Shown here piece after piece: positions 18,739 to 29,224 of a stretch of 64,000 nt of DNA. Every line of letters starts with the position of its first letter. The first letter of the stretch is position 1. This DNA comes from Candidatus Acidiferrum sp. Its GTDB lineage: Bacteria > Acidobacteriota > Terriglobia > Acidiferrales > UBA7541. Below the pieces are notes generated by a model. It saw nothing but the letters and a program-made list of their open reading frames with translations, had not been told where the DNA came from and did no database searches. The translations under genes were made by a program, and so were the position numbers. The DNA lies in contig DATEGP010000078.1 in NCBI GenBank assembly GCA_035280045.1, forward strand, positions 14,419 to 78,418, in the 5' to 3' direction.

Positions 18739-19824
18739 TTAGAAAAGGGTGACCTTAACGTGCAGGAATTTCCTCGGGTTTTGGCGGAAATCGCCAATCA
18801 GCAAACGCATGTCCCCGGTCAAAGCCGCCAGGTTGTCGTAGAGCCTCGGGTCGCTGAACATCTTCCCAACGGTAGTGGTGTTCTCGTTCAACTTAGCCGA
18901 GGCGGATGCAAAGTTCGCGCTTGTTTCGCGCAACTTGTCATACAGAGTATCGTCGGTCACGAACTTGCCGAGCGAGCCTTTCCCGGCGCGCGCGTCGCGC
19001 AACATGGAATTGGCGTTGGTCATGGTTTCCTTGGTCTGGTCATAGAGCGTCGGGTCGTAGATTAGTTTGCCGAGCGTGCCTTTGCCCGCGCGCATGTCCG
19101 CCAGCATCACATTCACGTTGTCCAGCCCCTTGTCCACTTTGTTGTACATTTCATCCGACGCAACCAATTTCCCAAGCGTGCCCTGCCCGTCCTGAATGTT
19201 CGTAACCATCGCCTCGCTCCTGGCGAGAATGCCGTTCAGATGACGATAGGCTTGCTCGTCGGTGAGCAGTTTTCCTAGGGTGCCCCGCCCCTGCTGCACG
19301 CCGCCAATCAGCTCACGCACATCGGTAGACAGGGCCGAAAGATTCCCCAACACTTCCGCGCTCCTCTCCACGACTTCTGACATGGCCTTTTCTTCCGACC
19401 CCGGAATCACTCCTTCATCGGGAATTGGCGCCCCCGTGAGTCCGCGTGAAATGGTCACGTAACGGTTCCCGAGCAGTCCTTCTGTCCTAAGGCTCGCCAC
19501 CGAGTCTGTAAGAATATCGGTTTGAAACTTCCGATCCACGCGCATCACCACCTCGATGTTTTTGTTCCGATCCATCGCCTTTCCTGTGGTTCGTGGCAAA
19601 AGCTTGATGGACTGCACGTTCCCAACTTCCACGCCATCCACGCGCACCACCGCTCCATCAGACAGGCCGGACACTTCAGGCAAATAGGTCTTGAGCCGAT
19701 ACTTAGGTCCAAGAATCTGAGAGCCGGTTACATAGAAAATTCCAGCGGCTAACACGGACAGTCCAACCAACACAAACAACCCGACGCGCAACTCCGTCCA
19801 GGTAAGTTGTCTTCGTTGTGGCAT
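18739..19824 (-). CDS. mlaD: MCE/MlaD family protein
   Basis: ELRVGLFV TM, GAVVRVDGVEVGNV, TEGLLGNRY, repeated GTLGKL helical units. Confidence 0.9.
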   Translation of the reverse strand: MPQRRQLTWTELRVGLFVLVGLSVLAAGIFYVTGSQILGPKYRLKTYLPEVSGLSDGAVVRVDGVEVGNVQSIKLLPRTTGKAMDRNKNIEVVMRVDRKFQTDILTDSVASLRTEGLLGNRYVTISRGLTGAPIPDEGVIPGSEEKAMSEVVERSAEVLGNLSALSTDVRELIGGVQQGRGTLGKLLTDEQAYRHLNGILARSEAMVTNIQDGQGTLGKLVASDEMYNKVDKGLDNVNVMLADMRAGKGTLGKLIYDPTLYDQTKETMTNANSMLRDARAGKGSLGKFVTDDTLYDKLRETSANFASASAKLNENTTTVGKMFSDPRLYDNLAALTGDMRLLIGDFRQNPRKFLHVKVTLF

Positions 19825-19865
19825 TTCTTCAGCCCTCCCCTATACAAAAAAATGCTACGGCAAAT

Positions 19866-20699
19866 TCAGACCAGAAAACGCTTCAAGTAAGGATCCTTCG
19901 AATTCGCAATCTCCTCAGGCTCCCCGTCGAAATAAATCTCACCGTCCCGGTACACCAGGAAGCGCGTCTCTGCCATGTTAGATGCGGCATTGCCGTTCCC
20001 CGAATTCGCCACGACTCGCTCTTCGCGTGGCTCGAAATGAAAATTGGCCAGTGCAAATCCGTCTTGGAGGCGATGCGTGGCGAGCAGCGCCGTCACTCCG
20101 TACACGTCCCGCAGCCGCAAAATCAGCGTGATAATCGTTTGCGAAGTGATTGGATCCAACCCCGCCGTCGGCGAGTCATACAAGACGATAGGCGGACGAT
20201 TGACCAGCGCCCGCGCGATGGAAACGCGCCGCCTCATACCGCCGGACAATTCGGAAGGAAGCTGGTCAATGGTGTGCTCCAACTCAACAAAGCGGAGCAC
20301 CTCTCTTACGCGCGGCTCGATCTCTTCCTCTGGCACGCCGTCCTCGTGCAACCGGTATGCGACGTTGTCTGCCACGGTCATCGAGTCGAACAGCGCTCCT
20401 TCCTGAAACATGAACCCAATCTTGCGCCGAAACGTCAGCAGATCGTTCTCCGGCATATCCGATACTTTTTGGCCCAGCACGTCAATGCTGCCGCTATCCG
20501 GCCGCAGCAATCCCGCCGCCATCTTTAGCGTGAGCGTCTTCCCCGTCCCCGTTTCTCCCAGCAAAACGACAGTTTCCCGTTCGCGCACGCAAAAGGACAC
20601 GCCACGCAGAATTTGCCCCTCGTCGAAACCTATGCGCACGTCTTCGAACGCAATAGCAGACCTTGTTTCCCAAGGAGGGAAAGACCTGTGTTCTGCCAT
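19866..20699 (-). CDS. mlaF: MlaF-type ABC ATP-binding protein
   Basis: GETGTGKT, FQEGALFDS, LSGGMRRRV, YDSPTAGLDP. Start set at ATG 20699, 7 nt after a TATAAT. Confidence 0.9.
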   Translation of the reverse strand: MAEHRSFPPWETRSAIAFEDVRIGFDEGQILRGVSFCVRERETVVLLGETGTGKTLTLKMAAGLLRPDSGSIDVLGQKVSDMPENDLLTFRRKIGFMFQEGALFDSMTVADNVAYRLHEDGVPEEEIEPRVREVLRFVELEHTIDQLPSELSGGMRRRVSIARALVNRPPIVLYDSPTAGLDPITSQTIITLILRLRDVYGVTALLATHRLQDGFALANFHFEPREERVVANSGNGNAASNMAETRFLVYRDGEIYFDGEPEEIANSKDPYLKRFLV

Positions 20700-20832
20700 A
20701 TCCACAATTATAACGGGAATTCGCTTTTTCTTCTCGAAGAGCGCTCAAAAACGCAATCGCGTCTCTGAGGCCGCGAGCAGGCAAGATGGGCGTACAATAC
20801 TGCCGTTTTTTGAGGGTCAAAAGGAGATACCG

Positions 20833-23001
20833 GTGAAAACGATTTCCAGGTCAGCCACGCTGCAAGCCCTCTCGCGACTTGCCACTCTTCTTATTTGCGC
20901 CGTTTGTGTTTCTTTAACTCCGCGCATCGCCGAAGCGCAGGGTTTTACTGTCGAGCAAGTCATGAGCTCGCCGTTTCCTGAAGGTTTGACGGTAGCGTCT
21001 CATGCACCGCGCATCGCTTGGGCCTTCGACGCGAAGGGAGTGCGCAATATTTGGATTACCGACGCGCCCGGCTTCTCTTCCCGGCAAATCACCCATTATT
21101 CAGATGACGACGGAATGGCGCTCGCGAGCTTGCGGCTCACTCCCGACGGCCGCACTGTCGTTTACTCGCGAGGCAGCGAACTCAACTCAGTGGGCGAGGT
21201 GGCGGATCCCACTAGCACTGTCACGCGGCCAAACCAGCAAGTGTGGGCGGTGGACGCGGAGAAGGGTGAGCCGCGCCTGCTAGGCGAGTTGGATTGCACG
21301 AGGGAAGGCTGCGAAGACGTCGAGCTTTCACCCGACGGGACGATGGCCGTTTGGGCCGCGCGCGGACAACTCTGGGCAGCGCCAGTCTCCGGCGCCGTAC
21401 CCGCGCACCAACTCGCCTTTGTGCGGGGAGAAAATGATTCACCGCAGTGGTCACCCGATGGCACGGAGGTCGCCTTCGTGTCGCATCGCGGGGATCACAG
21501 CTTCATCGGCGTCTACAATTTCGGCCGCGAATCCGTGCGCTACCTCGCTCCGTCAGTGGATCGCGACTCCATGCCCCGTTGGTCCGCTGACGGAAAGCAG
21601 ATTGCATTTGTCCGAATCCATGGCTTGGAAGAGCGCCTGCCGCTGCTGCAAACTCGGCCGAATCCTTGGGCCATTTACTCTGCAGATGCCGCCACCGGCG
21701 AAGCAAGGGTCATCTGGCGTAGCACAGACGAACTGGTTGGCTCCCTTCCGAATCTCACTGAAAGCAAGTCTTTCCATTTCGTGGGAAACCGCATTGTCTT
21801 CGCTTCCGAGCAAGACGGCTGGAACCATTTGTATTCCATTCCTGCCGCGGGCGGTCCCGCAGTGCTTCTCACTCCAGGCGAATTTGAAGTGGAAGACGTC
21901 GCAGTATCACGCGACGGTCGCTCAGTCATTTACTCTTCGAATCAAGACGATGTTGACCGTCGTCATTTATGGCGCGTTCGCGTCGAAGGCGGAAAGCCCG
22001 AAGCTCTCAGCAAGGGCGAAACGATGGAATGGTTTCCCGCCGAACTCTCGGATGGCCGCACAATCGTTTGTCTCGGCTCGACTGCCACTTCCCCGGCCAT
22101 GCCTTATCGGCTTACTTCGTCTGGACGCGAGATGATTGCAAGTTCGGCGCTTCCTGCAGACTTTCCTTCTTCTCAGCTCGTCGTTCCCAAACAAGTTATT
22201 TTCCCGGCAGCGGACGGGTTGCAGATTCACGGGCAGCTCTTTGTTCCACGCGGACGCACATCCGCTGGTCCCGCATTGCTTTTCATGCATGGCGGCTCGC
22301 GGCGGCAGATGATGCTGGGCTTTCACTACATGCAGTACTACCACAACGCTTACGCCGAAAATCAGTACCTCGCGTCGCGCGGCTACGTGGTTCTTTCAGT
22401 GAACTACCGCACCGGCATCATGTACGGCCGCGCTTTTCGTGAGCGCGAGAAGGGCGGACCGCGCGGCGCGGAGGAGTATCAGGACATCGTTGCGGCAGCA
22501 AAATATCTTCAGACGCTTCCCATCGTGGACGCGAAGAAAATTGGGTTGTGGGGTGGCTCTTACGGCGGATTCCTGACGGCCATGGGGCTCGCTCGCAATT
22601 CGGATATTTTCGCAGCGGGCGTGGATTTCCACGGCGTTCATGATTGGTCAGCGCGGGGCATTTTCCGTGGCGGCTCTGGTGGACAGGATGGCGGCGGGCC
22701 TCCAGACCGCGCCGAGGCTATGCGCATTGCATTCGAATCTTCGCCGAACGCCTCGATCAAATCCTGGAAATCGCCTGTCCTGCTGATTCAAGGCGATGAC
22801 GACCGCAACGTGGATTTCAGCCAGATGGTGGACCTCGTCCAGCGTCTCCGCGAGCAAAAAGTTTCGTTCGAGCAGATTGTGTTTCCCGACGAGATCCACG
22901 ATTTTCTTTTGTGGCGCTCATGGGTGCGCGGTTACAAAGCGACCGCAGAGTTCTTCGACCGCGTGCTGGTGAAAGGAGAATCGATCGCTAGGGGAAACTA
23001 G
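20833..23001 (+). CDS. Secreted S9 prolyl oligopeptidase family peptidase with PD40 propeller
   Basis: AAGGAG RBS then GTG 20833, signal peptide, GGSYGG, GDDDRNV, DEIH triad. Confidence 0.9.
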   Translation: MKTISRSATLQALSRLATLLICAVCVSLTPRIAEAQGFTVEQVMSSPFPEGLTVASHAPRIAWAFDAKGVRNIWITDAPGFSSRQITHYSDDDGMALASLRLTPDGRTVVYSRGSELNSVGEVADPTSTVTRPNQQVWAVDAEKGEPRLLGELDCTREGCEDVELSPDGTMAVWAARGQLWAAPVSGAVPAHQLAFVRGENDSPQWSPDGTEVAFVSHRGDHSFIGVYNFGRESVRYLAPSVDRDSMPRWSADGKQIAFVRIHGLEERLPLLQTRPNPWAIYSADAATGEARVIWRSTDELVGSLPNLTESKSFHFVGNRIVFASEQDGWNHLYSIPAAGGPAVLLTPGEFEVEDVAVSRDGRSVIYSSNQDDVDRRHLWRVRVEGGKPEALSKGETMEWFPAELSDGRTIVCLGSTATSPAMPYRLTSSGREMIASSALPADFPSSQLVVPKQVIFPAADGLQIHGQLFVPRGRTSAGPALLFMHGGSRRQMMLGFHYMQYYHNAYAENQYLASRGYVVLSVNYRTGIMYGRAFREREKGGPRGAEEYQDIVAAAKYLQTLPIVDAKKIGLWGGSYGGFLTAMGLARNSDIFAAGVDFHGVHDWSARGIFRGGSGGQDGGGPPDRAEAMRIAFESSPNASIKSWKSPVLLIQGDDDRNVDFSQMVDLVQRLREQKVSFEQIVFPDEIHDFLLWRSWVRGYKATAEFFDRVLVKGESIARGN

Positions 23002-23044
23002 TCTAAATTGGACGAGAGGCTAGCCTCGCTTAGAGTAGTTTCGA

Positions 23045-23920
23045 TCAGAAGACTTTATTCGCAAGGTAGAGACTCAACTTGGTTAGAAAGAGGTCGGCCA
23101 CGATAATCATCACGGAGGAAATCACGACGGATTGCGTCGTGGCGCGGCCGACGCCTTGCGTGCCGCCCCGCACTGTCAGCCCCTTGTAGCAACCCACGGT
23201 CGCCAGAATGAAGGCAAACGCCAGCGACTTCGTGAAGCCTTGCATTAGGTCCGGAAATTCCAGGATATCCACGGCGCGGCGCCAAAATTCAATCGCGCTG
23301 AGTTGTAACGAAAAGACGGAAGCAACGCATCCGCCGAGCAGACCGACGAATACCATCAATGCGGTGAGCAGCGGCACCATCAGCATGCTCGCCAGCACAC
23401 GCGGCGTCACAAGTTTGCGGCTCGGATCCGTGCCCATAGCGCGCATCGCATCCACTTGCTCGGTCACCAGCATGGAGCCCAATTCCGATGCCATTCCCGA
23501 GGAACACCGGCCGGCCGTAAGCAATCCCGTGATAGCTGGGCCAAGTTCGCGCACAAGAGCCAGGGAGACGACGTCTCCGGTAAGAGAAGTTTGTCCAAAG
23601 CGCACAAACTGCGCCCCAGTTTGCAAGACCATGACACCGCCGATAAAAAACCCCGAAAGCAGAATGATCGGCAGCGAGCCGACTCCCACGTCGTCCATTT
23701 GGTCGAGCGTGTCTTGAAAATAATGCGGAGGAGTCGCGAGATTGCTCAGCGCCCGGAAGGAAAGCTGCGAGTAGTCCTGAACGGCAGCTACAGCCCGTTT
23801 CGTTGCGCCTTCCAGCACCTCGCCGATGGAGGGCGCTTCTTCCTGTTTCGTACGGTTGCCTGTTACCTGGAGCGGAGTGTCGGCCACAAGTACCTGTTCA
23901 CACCGGTCTTCTACATCCAA
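23045..23920 (-). CDS. mlaE: MlaE-type ABC permease
   Basis: VRELGP, ELGSMLVTEQVDAM, LVTPR, GVGRATTQSVV. Confidence 0.92.
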   Translation of the reverse strand: MDVEDRCEQVLVADTPLQVTGNRTKQEEAPSIGEVLEGATKRAVAAVQDYSQLSFRALSNLATPPHYFQDTLDQMDDVGVGSLPIILLSGFFIGGVMVLQTGAQFVRFGQTSLTGDVVSLALVRELGPAITGLLTAGRCSSGMASELGSMLVTEQVDAMRAMGTDPSRKLVTPRVLASMLMVPLLTALMVFVGLLGGCVASVFSLQLSAIEFWRRAVDILEFPDLMQGFTKSLAFAFILATVGCYKGLTVRGGTQGVGRATTQSVVISSVMIIVADLFLTKLSLYLANKVF

Positions 23921-24166
23921 CTTCTCGACGAAACAGCATCTTTAAAAAGCGTAACTGCACCTCAAGCGTGCGTCAAGTAAGCGATTTGGCGCGGGTTTCT
24001 TAAGTCCGCAGGCCCGCAAGTATCCATTCGGACTAACCCCGGAGCTTATTTTCATTCCAAGAGCGCGCACCTTGATGCCCGCGGGAGCCTTAGTCAATTG
24101 AGCAACATAGGCCACGCCGGTCGTGTTCCCGCAATCGTCTATCCGTTATTCTTCTCGCAGGACATT

Positions 24167-24499
24167 ATGGCTTATCCACCAGAGCGCCGGCGGCGTGCCC
24201 GGTTAAAGCTTCCACAAGTGGTTCGTGTGCGGCCTTCGGACGCTCACCTCCATTTCGATGAGGTTCTTCCCACGCTGAACACGACTCGGGATAGTGTTTA
24301 TTTCGCATCCAAAAACCCATCGTACATGGAAGGCATGCGCGTCTTTATTACCTATCCGTATTCCGACGCTCCTGGTTCCCTCAATCGCGAATCGCTCGGC
24401 CAAGTGCTTCGCGTGGATGATCTGGGGCAGGGCCGCCGCGGCATCGCCATTCAAATCCTTATGCCCCTCTACGTTGGCGGCAAAGAAACAGTTCGCTAA
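24167..24499 (+). CDS. PilZ-domain protein
   Basis: ERRRRAR (RxxxR), GQVLRV...GIAI; second motif degenerate (NTTRDS). Confidence 0.7.
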   Translation: MAYPPERRRRARLKLPQVVRVRPSDAHLHFDEVLPTLNTTRDSVYFASKNPSYMEGMRVFITYPYSDAPGSLNRESLGQVLRVDDLGQGRRGIAIQILMPLYVGGKETVR

Positions 24500-24576
24500 A
24501 TTGACTTCCACAATGCCAACGTACATGAGTCTGAGGGACACAGGAAAAACCGTTCTGGAGCTATAATCCCGCGCTT

Positions 24577-27279
24577 ATGCCCTTGTCTACAGGCACGCTG
24601 CTTGGGCCCTATGAGATTCTTGCACCGCTAGGCGCAGGAGGAATGGGAGAGGTCTATCGGGCGCGGGACTCCCGCCTCGCGCGCAACGTTGCATTAAAAG
24701 CTCTCCCGCGTGATTTTGCTCTTGATTCCGATCGTCGAGCCCGCTTCGAACGCGAAGCACGCGCGGCCGGACAGATTCATCACCCAAATATTCTGGCCAT
24801 CCTGGACATTGGCGCGTATGACGGCCTGCCGTTTATCGTCACCGAGCTTTTGGAAGGTGAGACCCTGAGGGAACGCCTGCAGCCCGGACCACTTCCTCAA
24901 CGTAAGGCCTTGGAAATTGCTTCGCAAATTGCAAAAGGACTCGGCGCTGCCCACGAAAGAGGCATCGTTCATCGTGACATCAAGCCGGAAAATATTTTCA
25001 TCGGCAGCGACGGCCATGTGAAGATTCTCGACTTTGGACTGGCGAGCGTTTCAACTCAGGAATCGACGCCCCCGGATGCCACGATCACAGTGAAAACGGC
25101 TTCCGGAATCATTCTTGGCACAGCCGCCTATATGTCTCCGGAGCAGGCTAGAGGTCAATCAGTAGATTCCCGCTCTGACATTTTCAGTCTCGGGTCCGTC
25201 CTTTACGAAACGCTCTCAGGCCAGCGGCCTTTTTCGGGCAACACGTACGCCGATTTGATTTCCGCCATCCTTCGCCAGGATCCCGCCCCGCTCCCTTCAG
25301 AACAAAAGATTCTTCCAGCGCTGGAGCGCATCGTTCGGCGCTGCCTGGAAAAATCACCAGGGGAACGTTTCCAGTCCGCACGCGATCTTGCCTTTCAATT
25401 CGATTCCTTCGTTTCTACTATCGAGTCAGGCAGCGATCCCGCGCTACCTGGTATTGCTGCTGGGCAAGAGAACGCTCTTCGGCTTTCGAGAGTTTTTCGG
25501 TGGACTGTAATTCCCGCGATGGTTCTGGCAACCGCAACACTCGCCTGGTGGTTCCGGGGCCGGCAACTTCAGGTGGCTCATCCTCCCGTCGTGCTTTTCG
25601 AGCGGCTGACCGATTTCTCAGGGATGGAGGAAAGCCCCGCGATATCGCCGGACAGCAGGTCCGTCGCATTTGTAGCTGACTCAACGGGGTCGCGCCAAAT
25701 CTGGATTCGCTTGCTGGCTGGGGGTGTTCCTTTCCAGCTGACGCACGATGCCGCCGATCATTTGTCGCCGCGCTGGTCCCCCGATTCCGCCTCTCTTTTT
25801 TATTACACTCCGCCTGCTGACGGATCGCACGAGGCGATTGTTTGGGAGATTCCTGCTCTCGGCGGAACCGCTCGCCGCCTGACCGCAAGTCTCAGTGAAG
25901 TTGATCCCAGCCATGATGGGAAGTCGTTGTCGTTTTTTCGCCTTGGAGCCGGACAGATCGAGCTCGTTCGCACGGATCGGGACGCCTCCAACCCTCAGGT
26001 TCTCGCACGGTTCCCTTCAAAAACAGCTTGCCGGCAGCCGCGCTGGTCTCCCGATGATTCCACCATCGCCTTCATGACGGCTAATGATCGCTGGTCGGAT
26101 GATCTTTTTTATGTTTCCGCTTCCGGGGGCGAGCCCCGGCGCGTTACTTCCGATGCGGCGCTGTTGTCCGGATTCTCCTGGCTTCCCGGAGGTTCAGGAT
26201 TCGTCTTCAGCAGTTCGCGCGGTTCCACGATTCTCTACCTGCCGACCATGCACTTGTGGCAAGTTCCACGGGATGGCGGCGAACCACGCCAGCTCACCTT
26301 CGGCGACGAGAGTGACGCTTCTCCGGACGTCGATTCTCGGGGCCGCCTGTTCTCCAGCCGCATCCGTATCAATTTCGACATCTGGAAATTCCCCGTTGAG
26401 TTTGCCCCTGCGGAAAATGTTCAACGCGCAGTTCGCGTCTCCCACCAGACGGCTCAAGTACAAACTCCCAGCCTAAGTCCCGATGGACGCCAGCTCGTGT
26501 ACCTTTCCGACACCGGGGGCCATGGGAATCTATGGGTGCTGGACCTAACTTCCGGGCAGAACCGTCAAATCACTTTTGAGAAAGATCCCACGCTGATTAT
26601 GGGCGTGCCGGTTTGGTCGCCAGACGGTTCGCGAATCGCTTACGCGCGCCAGTTCTTCGGCCAACCCAACAACACAGTCGCATATTGGACGGTCCGTCCG
26701 GATGGTAGCGAGAACAATCAGTTTCTTCCCACAGCCTCCTGGCTGACGTGGTCGCCCGACCGCCGCTGGGTCTACTACGCTGATATGAGCGCACGCGCGG
26801 GGGGCTCGTCCGGCCGCATTCTGAAGACTTCCACCACGAATTCCACCACCGTGGAAGTCCGCAGCGAGGTTGCCAACGGCCCAGCTGTCTCGCCGGATGG
26901 ATCCACGCTTTATTACGCCAAGCTCTTGGAACCAGTTAACGGCCTCTGGGATTACGAGATTCGTGCGGCGCAACCGGATACAGCTCCTTCCCGGCTGCTT
27001 GCGCCCATCTCGGGCAACCGCGTTCCTGCATGGCAAGGGTTCCACCCTATACTTTCTTCGGATGGCAAGTGGTTAGCTCTTACGTTGAACGACGCCTTTG
27101 GTACGAATCTTTGGCTCCTTTCCACGACCGACGGGAAAATGCATCCAGTCACGGATTTCGGAGAACGCCGGACGTTCATCGCCCGGCGTGTTGCGTGGTC
27201 TCAGGACAATAAGTTCATCTTTGCCGCGGTGGGCGAAGGCGACGCGGACATTGTGTTCTTTGATGGCCTGCTTCACTAA
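24577..27279 (+). CDS. Hanks-type Ser/Thr kinase with TM helix and PD40/TolB-like beta-propeller
   Basis: LGAGGMGEVY, HRDIKPEN, DFG, YMSPE, repeated WSPD motifs. Confidence 0.95.
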   Translation: MPLSTGTLLGPYEILAPLGAGGMGEVYRARDSRLARNVALKALPRDFALDSDRRARFEREARAAGQIHHPNILAILDIGAYDGLPFIVTELLEGETLRERLQPGPLPQRKALEIASQIAKGLGAAHERGIVHRDIKPENIFIGSDGHVKILDFGLASVSTQESTPPDATITVKTASGIILGTAAYMSPEQARGQSVDSRSDIFSLGSVLYETLSGQRPFSGNTYADLISAILRQDPAPLPSEQKILPALERIVRRCLEKSPGERFQSARDLAFQFDSFVSTIESGSDPALPGIAAGQENALRLSRVFRWTVIPAMVLATATLAWWFRGRQLQVAHPPVVLFERLTDFSGMEESPAISPDSRSVAFVADSTGSRQIWIRLLAGGVPFQLTHDAADHLSPRWSPDSASLFYYTPPADGSHEAIVWEIPALGGTARRLTASLSEVDPSHDGKSLSFFRLGAGQIELVRTDRDASNPQVLARFPSKTACRQPRWSPDDSTIAFMTANDRWSDDLFYVSASGGEPRRVTSDAALLSGFSWLPGGSGFVFSSSRGSTILYLPTMHLWQVPRDGGEPRQLTFGDESDASPDVDSRGRLFSSRIRINFDIWKFPVEFAPAENVQRAVRVSHQTAQVQTPSLSPDGRQLVYLSDTGGHGNLWVLDLTSGQNRQITFEKDPTLIMGVPVWSPDGSRIAYARQFFGQPNNTVAYWTVRPDGSENNQFLPTASWLTWSPDRRWVYYADMSARAGGSSGRILKTSTTNSTTVEVRSEVANGPAVSPDGSTLYYAKLLEPVNGLWDYEIRAAQPDTAPSRLLAPISGNRVPAWQGFHPILSSDGKWLALTLNDAFGTNLWLLSTTDGKMHPVTDFGERRTFIARRVAWSQDNKFIFAAVGEGDADIVFFDGLLH

Positions 27280-27338
27280 TTTTGGCTAATCAAGACTGGC
27301 CACGTCTTTTCGTCAGCAAGAAACTGCGCGTTGAACCA

Positions 27339-27863
27339 TTAAAGGTTGCCTCTAGTTTCGACCAGAAACATGTGGAAGTCCGTGGCCACAGGCTTCGCGC
27401 CCAGCTGCCGCATCATCACCGCGACTTGGCCGCGGTGGTAAGTGGAATGATTGGCGAGATGCTGCATAAGGTGCGCCAGGCTTAGGTGCGTTTTGCGAAC
27501 GGAAAGCATTTTTCTCAATGCCTCGTCTGTAAGGCGATTGACAAACTCGGTCTGTTCTTTCTCCACTTCCGCCCACTTCCGTCGAACCGCATCGACGTTG
27601 GGAAATGCGTCCGGACGAAAGAGAGTGTCGTGCCGATTCCACAAATCGGCTAAAAACTCAGCACTATGAGACGGCTCTTTCCAATATGTGAGCCAGCCCC
27701 ATTCGCCGCCAACGATGTGGAGCAGCGTATCTCGCACGGAGCGAAAGCTTCCGCCCAAGTCGTGCGTGAATTGCTCCGCTGTGAGCACGGAGGCGGCTTC
27801 CAGAACACGCCCGTTTGCCCAGCGGTCGTACTCGAAGATCAGTTTAAGGTCATCCACGGTCAT
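27339..27863 (-). CDS. DinB/YfiT family protein
   Basis: YDRWAN, SVRDTLLH, HLANHSTYHRGQ; GGAG RBS. Confidence 0.9.
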   Translation of the reverse strand: MTVDDLKLIFEYDRWANGRVLEAASVLTAEQFTHDLGGSFRSVRDTLLHIVGGEWGWLTYWKEPSHSAEFLADLWNRHDTLFRPDAFPNVDAVRRKWAEVEKEQTEFVNRLTDEALRKMLSVRKTHLSLAHLMQHLANHSTYHRGQVAVMMRQLGAKPVATDFHMFLVETRGNL

Positions 27864-28054
27864 AACAGAGCGCTCCAAGACAGTCTGTTCGGGAATCTTA
27901 CCTCGCTATAGGCGATCAGCGAACCTGATTGCACGATGCCTTGGGGACCGAGCTACGACCGCAAGCCCGTTGCTGGACGGCGAGAGCGGCTGCCGCTACA
28001 CTGTCTCTTCCTCCTGATTGAACTACGAAAGGAAACGCGAGGATAGAGGCGCGG

Positions 28055-29224
28055 ATGCTGAAGTTCTACACAGCCGGTGAATCGCACGGACAAGCGCTTT
28101 TCGCTTACATTTCCGGCCTTCCGGCGCAGCTCCCCATCGATCTCAAGTTCATCAACCAGGAATTGCACCGCCGCCAGCTTGGCTACGGACGCGGCGGCCG
28201 CCAGAAAATCGAGAAGGACAAAGCTGAGATTTTTGCGGGCGTTCGGCATGGCAAGACCATCGGCGCGCCCATCGCGCTGCGCATCGAGAATCGGGATTGG
28301 GCGAATTGGGAAAAAATCCTCCCTGTCGAGCCAACGGAAGACGATCCCGGCGCAAAGAAACTCGTCGCACCGCGGCCCGGCCACGCCGACTTGGCCGGCT
28401 CGCTGAAGTTCAATTATCACGATGCGCGTTACATCCTGGAGCGCGCTTCCGCCCGCGAAACCGCCGCGCGAGTGGCCGCCGGCGCATTTGCCAAAACCCT
28501 CATGAAGGAGTTTGGGATAGAAATTGCGAGTCATACGATTCAGGTGGGCAACATTCGTCTGGAGCATGTCGTCTCCTGGAAGAAGATTCGCGGCGTCAGC
28601 GCCGACCTGGATTCACCGCTGCGCTGCGCCGACGCCGCGCTTCAGGAAAAAATGAAAGAAGAAGTGGACGCGGCGCTCAAGGCAAACGACACCGTAGGCG
28701 GTATTTTCGAAATTGTTGTCCATAATGTTCCGCCCGGTCTTGGCAGTCACGCGCAGTGGGATGAAAAACTTGATGGCCGCTTAGCTCAGGCGCTTATGAG
28801 CGTGCAAGCCGTGAAAGCCGTCGAAATCGGCGACGGCGTATCCATTGCCGCCTCTCATGGAAGCAATGTGCAGGATGAAATCTCTTACGACAAAGCGGCG
28901 CACCGTTTTCATCGCTTTACCAATCGCGCCGGGGGCCTCGAGGGCGGCATCACCAATGGCGAAGACATCGTGGTTCGCGGCTACTTGAAGCCCATTTCGA
29001 CATTGCGCAAGCCGCTGCATACCGCGAACATGGTCACGAAAGAGCCGGTGCAGGCCGCTTATGAGCGCTCCGACTGGTGCGTCGTCCCGGCCGGCGCGGT
29101 CGCCGGCGAGGCTATGGTTGCTCTTGTGTTAGCCGATGCTTTTCTGCAAAAATTTGGGGGAGACTCTCTCCCAGAGATGCGGCGAAATTTCGACAGCTAT
29201 GTCCGACAAATCGACGAGTTCTAA
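28055..29224 (+). CDS. aroC: Chorismate synthase
   Basis: TAGESHG, RPGHAD, ERASARETA, GGITNG, KPIST. Confidence 0.98.
   Translation: MLKFYTAGESHGQALFAYISGLPAQLPIDLKFINQELHRRQLGYGRGGRQKIEKDKAEIFAGVRHGKTIGAPIALRIENRDWANWEKILPVEPTEDDPGAKKLVAPRPGHADLAGSLKFNYHDARYILERASARETAARVAAGAFAKTLMKEFGIEIASHTIQVGNIRLEHVVSWKKIRGVSADLDSPLRCADAALQEKMKEEVDAALKANDTVGGIFEIVVHNVPPGLGSHAQWDEKLDGRLAQALMSVQAVKAVEIGDGVSIAASHGSNVQDEISYDKAAHRFHRFTNRAGGLEGGITNGEDIVVRGYLKPISTLRKPLHTANMVTKEPVQAAYERSDWCVVPAGAVAGEAMVALVLADAFLQKFGGDSLPEMRRNFDSYVRQIDEF

Noticed and set aside
17770-19065. 431-aa plus-strand ORF and other long antisense ORFs (e.g. 34961-36043, 44481-45533, 48472-49533, 57503-58516)
   Set aside because: They are shadows of well-supported genes on the opposite strand in high-GC DNA and show no recognisable motifs.
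18900-19300. Internal repeats in mlaD (GTLGKL units)
   Set aside because: These are ordinary helical repeats of long MCE proteins.
20410-20832. N-terminal extension of the S9 peptidase ORF
   Set aside because: It overlaps mlaF antisense; the RBS and signal peptide support GTG 20833.
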